From NCBI RefSeq assembly GCF_009914755.1, contig NC_060928.1: a DNA stretch of 64,000 nt; one strand, given 5' to 3'. The notes under the pieces are model-generated. The model was not told the DNA's origin. It was given only the letters and a program-made list of their open reading frames with translations, and ran no database searches. This document shows positions 1 to 16,420 of this stretch, in pieces. The translations under genes and the position numbers were made by a program. Each line of letters begins with the position of its first letter. Positions within the stretch are counted from its first letter, which is position 1. The stretch is from the human T2T-CHM13v2.0 reference genome, Homo sapiens.

Positions 1-248
1 TATACCTCCTAATTTCAGTCATTTTTCTATTGTAGAATAAGCATTTTGGAAACTAAATTCCCGTCTGAATATTACTTTAACTACATTGCACTGCTGTGTG
101 ATCCAGTGTTTCACATTGTATTTGCTTTTCTTTCAGTATGTTTTGAAATGTCTAGCCCACTTAAAAAGCACTGAAATTATTTTAAAATAAGAAAATTCAG
201 AAACTCCTTCCCAATGAAATCTCACTAATCTTTATAAAAGTATATTAG

Positions 249-538
249 TTGCCAGGCGTGGTGGCTCATCCCAGCACTTTGGAATGCCGAGGCAGGCGGA
301 TCACGAGGTGAGGAGATCGAGACCATGCTGGCTAACATGGTGAAACCCCGTCTCTACTAAAAATGTAAAAAAATTAGCCAGGCATGGTGGCAGGCACCTG
401 TAGTCCCAGCTACTTGGGAGGCTGAGGCAGGAGAATGGCATGAACCCGGGAGGCAGGGCTTGCAGTGAGCCAAGATGCGCCACTGCACTCCAGCCCGGGC
501 GACAGAGTAAGACTCCGTCTCAAAAAAAAAAAAAAAAA
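249..538 (+). mobile_element. AluY-like SINE
   Basis: Alu dimer with AluY diagnostics (GGATCACGAGG, GAGATCGAGACCAT, GAGAATGGCATGAACCCGGG, GCTTGCAGTG) and a poly-A tail. TSD AAAAGTATATTAG at 236-248 and 535-547. Confidence 0.95.
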
Positions 539-675
539 GTATATTAGCATGATAGGCAGCATGCATTTCATTACATACTTTGTTAGTGTTTTCATTAATG
601 TTGTTACATTACATTTCTGTTTCGTTCTGGTAATTACACCTCTGTGGAATATTTGGTGATTTTTTAGATATCAGT

Positions 676-5220
<4,545 letters not shown>

Positions 5221-6282
5221 CCCTTCATTTACTTTAAATAATTGTTTTTAATAAATAGGTGGTATACGCAGTGGAAGGCATGTTGTTAAATACTAGAGGT
5301 GAGTAATAAGAAAAATATATTATTTCCACCTTTGAGGAAATGGAGATTTCTTGAATTAAGAAAAAAAATGTAAAAGGAGCAATTGAAAGACCTTAGGACC
5401 TCATGAATAGCATCAGGATTCTCTTTTGGCACATCTGTGCCCTTAGAGTTAAACCTAACTGTAAAGATTATTCACATTTGTTAATGTTCAAAGAAATCCA
5501 GAGTTTTTATTATTTCATAATCTTACACTTCATTATTTTGGTGTTAGCATTGGCCAAACCAATGTATTGGTAGAAGAAGGGTATGAAACCCAACATTGCA
5601 GGACCAGGAAGGCTTCCAAAGAGAGGTAAACCAAATGTTAAGGCATTAAGGCATATGCTAACATCAGTTAAGAGTTATGCTTTTATCCAATTAACTCTGA
5701 TTTCTCCTTCTTATGAGTAGCCACTAACGTAGTCATATTTAAACATTATTGTTTTTCTTATATTTTCTATGTGTAATACCATTATAGTTCATTTAACTAG
5801 TTTTATATTTTGTGAGAATTTATTGACACTGTATTTTATCTTTTAACAGTTTGGCTGCACCTCTCAGCTGTACATTATCACAAAATAGATTAGCATTTTT
5901 AAAATCTTCATTCAAATTATTAATAAAAGTTGAATGAAAAGAATTTCAATACAAATTCCTTTAATACAGTATAAAAGAGAATGTACATTTTGATATTGAT
6001 TCATTATTCAATATACATTGAGTATAATTATAGTAGCTGAAGAGCTATCTAGTCGACATTTCTCCATGTATAATTTTTTTTTAAGTAATACATTTCTGAA
6101 ATAAAAGTAAACTCTGCCTATGACATTTTATGGAACTATAGATCTAACAAATTGGGCTGGGAGTTGAAGGGGAAAATGCAATTGCTTGGATAACTGTTTT
6201 CTAAATATATGATCTTTCCTATTTATCATAACTTCCTTTTATAAGTGGTAAAAACATACATGTTAAGTAATCCATTCAGAGA

Positions 6283-6326
6283 TGTGTGTGTGTGTTTGTA
6301 TGTGTGTGTGTGAGATGTGTATGTGT
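6283..6326. repeat. Imperfect (TG)n microsatellite
   Basis: tgtgtgtgtgtgtttgtatgtgtgtgtgtgagatgtgtatgtgt. Confidence 0.85.
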
Positions 6327-6827
6327 TTTGTGAAATCATTATATCACTGATATGTTTTCTAGAAAGCATTTGTTTTTAGTTTTGAACTTTAAAATTTTTT
6401 CTTTTTATTTTAACTCAAAATATTGTCACTGCATTTGCCACTTGTTTTTGGATTAAAATATGAGTGAACTCAACGTTTTTAAAAAGCTGGTTTCAACTGT
6501 TCTATATGATCTATTTTGTTGAAACAGATTATACTCTCATCTAATCAATGTATGTATTCCACTATAAGCCTCAGGAATTCTATGAAATTATGTCTTTTTG
6601 CTACTTCAATTTGTCTTAAATAGTCATAATGGTAGGTTTGAATATCCAAGGTTTTATTGAGTCTTCTGTCATTTTATTCATTTACTAATTCAAGAAATAC
6701 TTTTAAATGCCAAATACTATAGCTCTGGAAGGAAATTTTAGAAAAAAAATAACTATAGTGGTTCTTGAAAAGCATAAGGCATTGTAGGAGGTGCCCTCGC
6801 TGTTTATTGGCACTGCGGCCATTCTGA

Positions 6828-7330
6828 TGCAAACCACCAATGTCTCCTGCCTAAACTATTTCAATAAGTCTCTTAACTGATCTTGCTCCAGAGCTCTTCA
6901 AATAAAAGCCAGAAGGATCATCTGAACATATATAATCAGATCATTTCACTCCTCTGCTCAAATGCCTTCAAAGGCTGTTAATCATATTCAAAAATAAATC
7001 CAACTTTATTCCACTACCCATAAGGCCCAACATGATCTACACCTGACCCATGTCTCTGACCTCAACTCTTACTGATTGGTGTTCAGTTTCTCCACTGGCC
7101 ACAATAGCCTCCTTGTTCTTCCACAAATATACTAAACATGTTCCAGCAATTTTTCACTTGCTGCTCTTGCTACTTTGAGCACTTCTCATACATATCTTCA
7201 CAAACCTACTCTCCCCTTCCTTAAGGTCACCAGATCATATGTCCCCAGTTTAGAAAGGCCTGCCAATCACCATATTATCATATGTGGATGTAATTACTTT
7301 TATTCACTCTCTGTCCTTTTACTCTGCTTA
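6828..7330 (+). mobile_element. L2 LINE 3' fragment
   Basis: AATCAGATCATTTCACTCCTCTGCTCAAATGCCTTCAAAGGCT and AAAATAAATCCAAC...TAAGGCCCAACATGATCT resemble the L2 3' consensus. Confidence 0.75.
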
Positions 7331-10300
7331 AGTTTTCTTTCTAGCAATATCTTCCTATCTATATTTACACACGTGTATTTACGTTCAATGAGTTAAAATA
7401 TATGATTTCATGAAATATAACCAATTGTCCAAGGGCTCTAAGTCACAAGATGGTCTTGAATCATTTGAACTGGGCTTTTGGAGTAACGGCACTCCTACAT
7501 TAGGAAAGTATCCTGAGAACCTGCCACAACATGCTTGCTGGTTTCCTCTTTTGGAGATTGCTTCTCATTTCTTCTTTAATCTCATGATTAAAGTCACTAA
7601 GCGGTTTTACTAATTACTGCAAATTGCCGTAGATGAACATTTAAAGGATATGCATTGAAACCCCATTCGAGAAGTGGGAATTTACCATGCTTTAAATGAT
7701 TAACGGTAGGCTTTCCTAAGTTCCTTTAAACAACATCTCACTTTAGTGCTGATCAGGGACCTGTTTTGCTCCTAAATGTCTTTATTCTCCCTAATTGAAC
7801 AAGATTGTGAACTAAACAGAATGAGAAGCAGAAATGTGCACCATTTGGGTGAGACTGACTATATTGCCTTCAGAAAGTAAAAATAGCAACCATTGCTATG
7901 GCTACAATGGGTTTCTGGTCATCTTTTATTGAAGCCTCATGTCTCTTAAAAATATTATCTGGCACCCTTTTTATTACTATCCACAATGTCACATTATTTA
8001 TTGTTAATAGTTCACTATAATTTAAACATCTAGCATGTGCTCTCAATAGATATCATAATGAGATTTGTTGGGAAGTGGTCAGCTTTGGGAGGTATTACCA
8101 AAACAATATTCATTATTATTCATAAGGTTAAAATTAACTTTTAATGAAATATTTCCTTTGTCACTCATTGCATAATAATGAAAATGTAAAATGGAAATGA
8201 AAAGAGATTGTGAGCATTCTGTTGAGATGTATCATTTAGCTGTCTAAAATTAGAACACAACTTAGGCTGAGACTAAATTGAATGACAATTATCTAGAGGA
8301 AAAATCCCTTCAATCTTAAAATAAAAACAGCAGTGTAGAAATATCTCAGGAGATTTATTAAACTGCAATCAGTTTATATTAAAAGATATAAATAATGCCA
8401 GCTTTTAAACAGAATTCAATTTAACTATTTGTTGCAAAACTCATAATATCTCTCTTTAGAAATATCAACTTCCTATGGGCAAGTATGCATAAGATTATTT
8501 TTCCCAGTAGTTAAAATGTGGTTGAATAATAGCAACTATCACAGATTTATTTGTTAATTAAACTTCCTGGGCTTTAGTGTTTGTCTTGCATATAGAATAT
8601 GAAGGATATTTATATCATCACATAACCCTGATTGCTGTGCCTATATGACTATAACTTGAAGCAACTAGCATATGTTTTCTCATGCCATCAAATCTATTCA
8701 ATGGATACACAATCTCAAAAATTTTTCACAAGGGGGTCTATATAAACATATTTCAAGTAGAGCTATTTCGCTTTGCTTCTGGATTTATATTACAAGAGAA
8801 ACATTTTGGGAGCTTCTCCCCCAAATCTTTTTTCCTCTTAGTATTGTATTTATGCTTTTGCAAAAATCCCTTTCATGTGTTAGTAGTTGTGATTACTATC
8901 AAATTGTTTCTAGCTGTAAATGCCCCACATTTGTGAGGAGTCATATGTGTAGATTATAAGCCTTGATCATGAAGAAACAAGAAAATTTTCTGCTGAAGGA
9001 ACACGGTATCTGGCAAGAATCAAGACGAAAAAGATCAGAAGCATCTAGTAGAGCAAGGGATTGGAATACAAATTATTGAGTACACTAAGATTAAATTGAT
9101 TTTATGTCTACCATTCATTTTCCTCAGGTCTTTTGCCCAATTTTATTTTTCCTAGTTTAACTCGTTCCTGCATAGCTGCTAAATGAGGCCAAAATGTAAA
9201 TTTGTATTTTCTACCAATTTGCCACACAGAAAACTCTAATACCTACCGTACCTAATGTTTTTACCTCAGCTCAAATGCTAATCTTTCTGCTAATAGTAGC
9301 TCTGCTCTTGAAATTCCATGAAGTTAGATTTGCCACTGTTGCCATAGACTTGATGGGAGGAGTTAAAGTCATCCTTACATTTAGAGTTACAGTTTACATA
9401 CTAATGTAGCATGTATATCAACACGTTCTCAGAAGAAGAGTAAGAACTAAAATTAGAGAACAAATTTTTGATGACAGGGACTATGATGTCACCATTATGA
9501 CATTAACAAAGTTTTGCAACATGTTAATGCTGTATTTACAGAGAGTCTCCCATGATTTGAGGGACTGTGATTCATTCAAGCCCAGATTATCATTAAAGCA
9601 AAGCATTGCAGTTTAGACATAACTTTATAGAGATCCAAGTGAGTACTTGAACATCCTCCAAAATTCATATCCAAGATCTGGCACAAATTTGTCAGTGATG
9701 AGTTATGGGCCTTCTTGGCTCCATTACCTAATGAGTGCTGTAGAGGAAATGTGTGTGTTTACCCACTAGAGAAGGAAAAGTGCCAGCTCTGGAGCCTGAT
9801 GGCAACACTTTCCAGAGACTGACTTCAGAACCACAATGCCAGTTTGACTTGATGCTCTTTGCCTGAGTAGCAGTGGGTTTTGAGCAGCTTTCATGCCAGA
9901 CAAAAAACAACTGTTCCTTCTGAGACTCTGCAATCACAAAAATATAACATAGAGCATCCTCTGGAAAGCTAGAAACTCAGAACTGAGATCATACTAATTT
10001 AAAGGAAAATTTATCTGCCAAAAAGTATGAATAATAGACTTGCATTGTTTATGAAACATAGATACTATAATAAGATGAGAAAATAAGATTTAATGGATAA
10101 AGAATTTAATACAATGGTGTACTGATGTGAAATGACCAGGAGAGCACAATAGAATTAGCGTTACTAGGCGTTTCGTTCGATAATGATTTACATTTCCAGG
10201 ATGACCAACTGAGCCTTAGAGATCCAATTTTATTATTGGACTAGAATGACTAGATTAATTTAATAGACATTTACCTAGATAGCAATCTAATAGTATTTGG

Positions 10301-10654
10301 TCATAGATAATCATTGGGATACCAATATTATGAGTAGGATCCATTTATGCATAGAATTTTTTTGTTTAAAGAAATAGTAATCATTAAAGAATAACTTTTG
10401 AAATTGTGGCAAAAGTTTACAAAAAAAGACATTATTGGATTGATATTTAATTTTAGTGATTGTTTTATAATAGAAATAAATGTATGCAGCTTAATAAAAT
10501 ACTTTATAAACCTTCTGACAAATACATCACAAATATTTTTATAATCTAACCAGAGGCATTCAATGCATTATCCAAACTTGGGATATCAGCGTCACACTTA
10601 CAACAAAAATTTAGTATGGATTACAGCAAATCTTTTACTTTCTTTACATACTGC

Positions 10655-10810
10655 TTTCATGTTTCTCACAAAAACTCTATGAGGTGTAAATGGTCAAATA
10701 TTAATCCTATTTTAACATGAGAACAAATTCAGAAAAGTCGTGTTTTAAGTTACATATATATGAAGCCAGGCGATTTATATATATATATATGTATATATAT
10801 ATAAATATAA
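10655..10810 (-). mobile_element. Degenerate MIR followed by (TA)n
   Basis: CACAAAAACTCTATGAGG...CCTATTTTAACATGAGAACAAA resembles the reverse MIR core. (TA)n at ~10775-10805. Confidence 0.5.
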
Positions 10811-12569
10811 AATTTATCATTTACATACACACACAGTCAAATTAATGCCAGTACTGTAACTTTAATGAGTTCTGGGGTAACCCTGTTTTTATATACTGCT
10901 TTCTTCTTATCTTCTTATTGACTTTTCCCACTTTCAGTATTTTCACTAATTCAGGTTAACATTTATAACACATGTGATCCGAATTTCCCTGTGCCTCACC
11001 CATCTATGGATGTAATGAGACCATATCAACAGTGATGATTCAATTAATGTGACTTCTGCTCTCCACCACATACAGGCCCTCTAGTCTCTTCTCTATAAAG
11101 TCTTACCATACTTCTGAGCCCCTTGGAAGTCACATACAAGTTCTCTAAATACTAATGTCAGTATTATTTTACTCTGGCTGCTGCACTGACAATTGATGTT
11201 TGACAGCCACCCAAATTCAGCATCTCTCTACCACAAGCTCTGGGACCCTAGGGGCTCCTGAAGCCACATATCATCATGTCCCTAAAGCATTATCCCCTAT
11301 TTTTCACAGCCTTCTAAAATACTTGATGGTTTCTTAGAGACGTGGGAGAATGCCTCTCTCCTCTACCTTGTGTTGTACTTCATCATTAAGGCACTAATAC
11401 AACTGATACAAAGCTTGCAGTTCTTTCTCACACAGAGAGCCTCATACAAAACAGCTCCTTCCAACAGTCATTCTCTTAAAAGAACTCAACTGTAAGATTC
11501 TTAAATCAGACTGGAAACCAATGTCCAATAGACACAAATGGGCTTCTACATCTTGCTTTCTCTAATCCACTAGTTGCCTGGGAACAATACAAAGCTGTGA
11601 AACTCTCAGGAATATAAATTTAAACCAGCAGATGCCTTTAGGCTGGTTCATTAGATGAGTTAAGTCTCACCAGTAGGGATAAACAGACTCAAGCTAGGAC
11701 CCTCCACCCCACCCCGGTAGATACAGATGATTCTTCTTTTTCTCCCTTTTTCAACATACACTTAGGTTAAAATAAGTAGTCATGCATAAATTCCTCTTTA
11801 GTAATTTAAATTGTATTTAGTTTTATTTTTAATCAAAATCATGATATTGTAAAAGTATTATTAAAGTAATAAATGCTTATTGAAATTTTTTTCAAGTTCA
11901 TACATGACTGTGTGAAAAATACCACTTTTAACTACTGAAAAAGAAATGCTATTTCTTTTTATGAAAGAAATTTGTAGTCTTTTTTTACAAAGAACAAAAT
12001 ATATTTGACAAAGAAAAATGTAGTACTTTTAAAATGAAATAGACAGTCCTCATAAGGTTTTCAAACTGTTTAAAGATGCCTTCAAATTTTTTAAACAGTA
12101 ACAATGTGTTACTTGCTGAATATTGAAAGGAATGAATACACAGTCAGATTACCTCAGTTAGCTAATGAAAATTTATTTTAACATGATCATGAAAGTACCG
12201 AAAAGCAGAAAATACTTTCATTAGCAACTTTTCAATACTTTAGGAATTGAAAGTTGCATTAGTAACCTCATAGCAGCTTTGTAGATGCACAGCAAGGGAC
12301 CACCCCTTAGCAGAGCTCTGTCTAGTATGAAGCTAGCTTTTTTCTGTCTTAGAATGTTTCTACTGCTTCTGTTCTCCCTTTTCCTAATGACTAACACTCA
12401 TTGTGTCCCTAGGCAAAAAAGACCCTAGATGTGAGCATATGACTGTCTAGAACAGTCACCAGTAGGTTTCATTTATCACAGGGAGGTAAAGTCCTCATGC
12501 CAGGCTCCCTGGAAAGCAGCAGAACAGATTGCTATTAGTCAATCCCATTTGGTTCTAATAGTAAGCCAC

Positions 12570-12945
12570 TGATATGGTTTGGCTGTGTCCCCACCCAAAG
12601 CTCATCTTGAATTGTAGTTCCCATAATTCCCAAGGGTCCTGAGAGGGATCCGGTGGGAGGTAATTGAATCATGGGGGTGGTTCCCCCATGCTATTCTTGT
12701 GATAATGAGTAAGTTTTCACGAGATCTGATGGTTTTATAAGGTGCTTCCCCCTTCACTTGGTTCTCATTCTTCTCTTTCCTGCCACTATGTGAAGAAGGA
12801 TGTGTTTGCTTGCCTTCCAAAATGATTATAAGTTTTCTGAGGCCTCCCTACCCCTGTGGAACTGTGAGTCAATTAAACCTATTTCCTTTGTAAATTACCC
12901 AGTCTCAGGTATTTCTTCATAGCAACATGAGAACAAACTAATACA
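12570..12945 (+). repeat. THE1 5' LTR (376 bp)
   Basis: TGATATGGTTTGGCTGTGTCCCCACCCAAA ... GAGTCAATTAAACC ... ACTAATACA. Confidence 0.95.
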
Positions 12946-13316
12946 GTAAATTGGGTACTGCAGAGAGTGGGGAGCTGCTGTAAAGATACCTGAAAATGTG
13001 AAAGTGACTTTGGAACTGGGTAATAGGCAGAGGTTGGAACAGTTTGGAGGGCTCAGAAGAGGACAGGAGAATGTGGGAAAGTTTGGAACTTCCTAGAAGC
13101 TTGTTGAATGGCTTTGACCAAAATGTTATAGTGATATGAACAATGAAGTCCAGGCTGAGATGGTCTCATATGGAGATGAGGAACTTGTCAGGAACTGGAG
13201 TAAGGTCACTCTTGCTATGCAAAGATACTGGCAGCATTTGGCCCTTGCCCTAGAGATCTATGAAACTTTGAACTTGAGAGAGATGATTTAGGGTATCTGG
13301 CAGAAGAAATTTATAA

Positions 13317-13970
13317 GTGGCCAAGCATTCAAGAGGAAGCAGAGCATTCAAGTTTGAAAATTTGCAGCCTGATGATGTGATAGAAAAGAAAAACCCATTT
13401 TCTGGAGAGATATTCAAGCCTGCTGCAGAAAATTGCATAAGTAACAAGGAGCTGAATGTTAATCACCAAGACAATGGGGAAAATATCTCTAGGGCATGTC
13501 AGAGACCTTCACGGCAACCCCTCCCATCACAAACCTGGAGGCCTAGGAGGAAAAAGTGCTTCCCTGGACCAGGCTCAGGGCCCCCCTGCTCTGTGCAGTC
13601 TCAGGATATGGTGCCCTATGTCCCAGCTGTCTTAGCTCCAGCCATAGCTAAAAGGGGCCAAGATACAATGGGGGCCATTGCTTCAGAGGGTGCAAGCCCC
13701 AAGCCTTGCCAGCTTCCAGGTCGTGTAGGTCCTGTGGATTCTCAGAAGACAAGAATTGAGGTTTGGAAACCTTCACCTAGATTTCATAGGATGTATGGAA
13801 ACACCTGGACATCCAGGCAGAAGTTTGCAGCATGGGTGGACCCCTCAGGGAGATCCTATGCTAGGGCTGTGCAGAAGGGAAATGTAGGGTTGGAGCCCCC
13901 ACACAGAGTCCCCACTAGGGCACTGCCTAGTGGAGCTGTGAGAAGAGGGCCACCATCCTCCAGACCCTAG
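13317..13970 (+). pseudogene. Remnant of the THE1-internal ORF (217 aa open stretch)
   Basis: Lies wholly inside THE1-int. The peptide ENLQPDDVIEKKNPFSGE...RMYGNTWTSRQKFAA is typical of translated MaLR internal sequence. Starts at GTG, not ATG. Confidence 0.7.
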
Positions 13971-14449
13971 AATGGCAGATCCACTGACAGCTTTGCACCA
14001 TGCACCTGGAAAACCCACAGGTACTCAACACCAACCTGTGAAAGCACTGAGGAGGGGAGCTGTACCCTGCAAAGCCGTAGGGTACAGCCCAAGGCTGTGG
14101 GAGCTGCTAAAGGCTGTGGGAGCCCACTCCTGCATCAGTATGACCTTACATCAGTGTGACTCCATGTGAGTCATGGAGGCCTGTGGCCCCTCTGTTTTGG
14201 CCAATTTCTCCCATTTGGAGTGGGGGTATTTCCCCAATGGCTGTATCCCCATTGTATCTAGGAAGTAATTAACTTGCTTTTCATTTTGTAGGCTCATAGG
14301 CAGAAGGGACTTGCCTTGACTCAGATGAAACCTTGGACTTGGACTTTTGGGATAATGCTAGAATGAGTTGACTTTGGGGGACTGTTGAAAAGGCACGATT
14401 GTGTTTTAAAATGTGAGGACATGAGATTTGGTTGGGGCCAGGAGCATAA

Positions 14450-14760
14450 TGATATGGTTTTGCTGTGCTCCCACCCAAATCTCATCTTGAATTTTAATTC
14501 CTATAATCCCCACATGTTGTGGGAGGGACCCCATAAGATCTGATGGTTTGTAAGAGGCTTCCCCCTTCACTCAGTTGTCATTCTTCTCTCTCCTTGCCAC
14601 CACGTGCAGAAGGACATGTTTGCTTCCCCTTCCACCATGATTGTAAGTTTCCTGAAGTCTCCCCAGCACTGCAGAATTATGAGTCAATTAAACTTCCTTC
14701 CTTTATAAATTACCCAGTCTCAGGTATTTCCTCATAGTAGCATGAGAACAGACTGATACA
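14450..14760 (+). repeat. THE1 3' LTR (311 bp, ~66-bp internal deletion)
   Basis: TGATATGGTTTTGCTGTGCTCCCACCCAAATCTC ... GACTGATACA. Lacks the segment corresponding to 12652-12717 of the 5' LTR. Confidence 0.95.
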
Positions 14761-14993
14761 GCCATGGTTAAAAAACTTTGGCCAGAGGAAAATGGGACCT
14801 TGATAAAAAACAGAGCAAGTTTTATTTTATGAATCACTGTTGGTCATTATTCAGAAGGGATCAATAAACATATCAGACACCTGGAGCACACTGCACAACT
14901 TAGTCAATTTTTATTGCCTTCTGATTATTCTGAATACCTAGTACCTCTTTTTAAATACAGACACATTGGGCCCAGGATGATGTGACTAAAGCT

Positions 14994-15421
14994 TGTATTA
15001 GTCAGGGTTGTCCAAAAAAAATAAAATCAACAGGATGTGTATATATGTATATGGAGAGATTTATTGTAAGAAATTGGCTTACATGATTGTGAGGGTTTGG
15101 TTAAGTCCAAAATCTGATGGTGGAGGTTGGCAGGCAGGAGACCCAGGGAAGAGTTACAGCTTGAGTTTACAGGTAGTTTGGTGGCAGAATTCCTTTTTGC
15201 ATAGGGAGGTTAGTCTTTGTCTTATTAAAGCCTTCGACTGCTTAAATAAAGCCCACCCACATTAAAGCAGGTGGGGAGTAATTTGCTTTACCCAAAGTCC
15301 ACCAATTTAAATGTCAATCTCATCGAAAGGAACTCTTTCACAAAAACATCCATAATAATGTTTGAGCATACATTTTAGCACTCGGGTTCAGCCAAGTTGA
15401 CCCATAAAATTAACCATCACA
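14994..15421 (-). mobile_element. MLT2-family solo LTR (ERVL)
   Basis: Termini TGTATTAGTCAGGGTT and CAAGTTGACCCATAAAATTAACCATCACA match reverse MLT2 ends. Confidence 0.85.
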
Positions 15422-15759
15422 AGTCTTGACCAAACCTGAACAGATTCAGAAGTTAATTCTCTGTGGGCCAGGGAAAGCCTGCATATCAGGCTGGCACATC
15501 CTGAATAAGTCAGCTAACTCTTCCCTACATCTGGTCCTGAGAGATCACTAGCCTTTAAAATGATCAATTCTAGGGACAGAGGGGCTTCCTACTGATATCC
15601 AATAAGTGACAAATGACTTAATGACTTCTCACCAATTCAGGTATTGCTACCAAGAAAGAACAGGTGAACCTGGATTCCAAGAGAAAGCAAAACTAAGAGC
15701 AAAAAGCAACAGAATATTCACCTCCTGTAGCCAACAGCCAGAGAGAGGAATACTAGACG

Positions 15760-16420
15760 GGCACTCAGAAGAGTTTAAACCTGGTGAAACAGAACTTCAG
15801 GAGCATCGTGAAGACACCCCTAACAGAGACCCTAACCACAACAGCCAAAAAGCATCCTAAAAGTATCAATGAAACTATAAAAAAAGACTCTCTGGAACTA
15901 AAAACGTGGCTTTCGATTTATAGAATTTATAGCAAGTATAGAAGCAGATGATCACTCTGGAAAAACAAATTAGTGTACAGGAAGATTAAGGGTAGAAATA
16001 TGTCAAATCAATGCAGAAATTTAGAGACAGAAATTGTAGACAGGAAGGTTAAAACTGAATAGATGCATGAATCTAAAATAAAATGAAAAAGAGACAATAA
16101 TTAAGCAAATATAAAAAGAAAGTATAATGGATATCAAGAAAGATTTCAGTCCAAAGGTTGAAAGCATGACAGGAAATACTGATTTTTAAAAAGACACAGC
16201 TTAGCAGATGCTAGTTAAATTTTTGAGTTTAGGATAAAGTCATCTTTTTCAAGGCTCTTGGCAGAAATAAATTATGTGTAAAGGAAAGATAATCTGGCAT
16301 TAAAATCTTCATCTACAACTCTGGGAATTAGGAGAGAATGCATATACCGTTCAACATATCCAAGGTTGAGAGACAGAATATATTACCCACTTACCTCTTC
16401 TGAATAAAATATTCTGCAAA
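15760..16420 (+). mobile_element. Ancient L1 ORF1 / HAL1-like fragment
   Basis: A-rich with degenerate ORF1-like motifs (AAACAAATTAGTG..GGAAGAT; AAAGGAAAGATAATCTGGCATTAAAATCTTCATCTACAACTCTG). Confidence 0.5.

Larger units (their letters stand above)
12570..14760 (+). mobile_element. Full-length THE1 (THE1C/D-like) ERVL-MaLR provirus
   Basis: Two TG...CA LTRs, ~1.5 kb internal region (12946-14449), purine-rich tract GGGGCCAGGAG before the 3' LTR. TSD GCCAC (12565-12569) / GCCAT (14761-14765). Confidence 0.95.

Noticed and set aside
301-659. Alu-derived ORFs (also at 4191, 36096, 39655, 45023-45694, 52044, 59216)
   Set aside because: They are translations of Alu sequence (e.g. [17 protein letters not shown]), a well-known false-positive class.
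15606-15860. 84-aa hydrophilic ORF
   Set aside because: GTG start, no recognisable domain, and it runs into an ancient L1/HAL1-like fragment.
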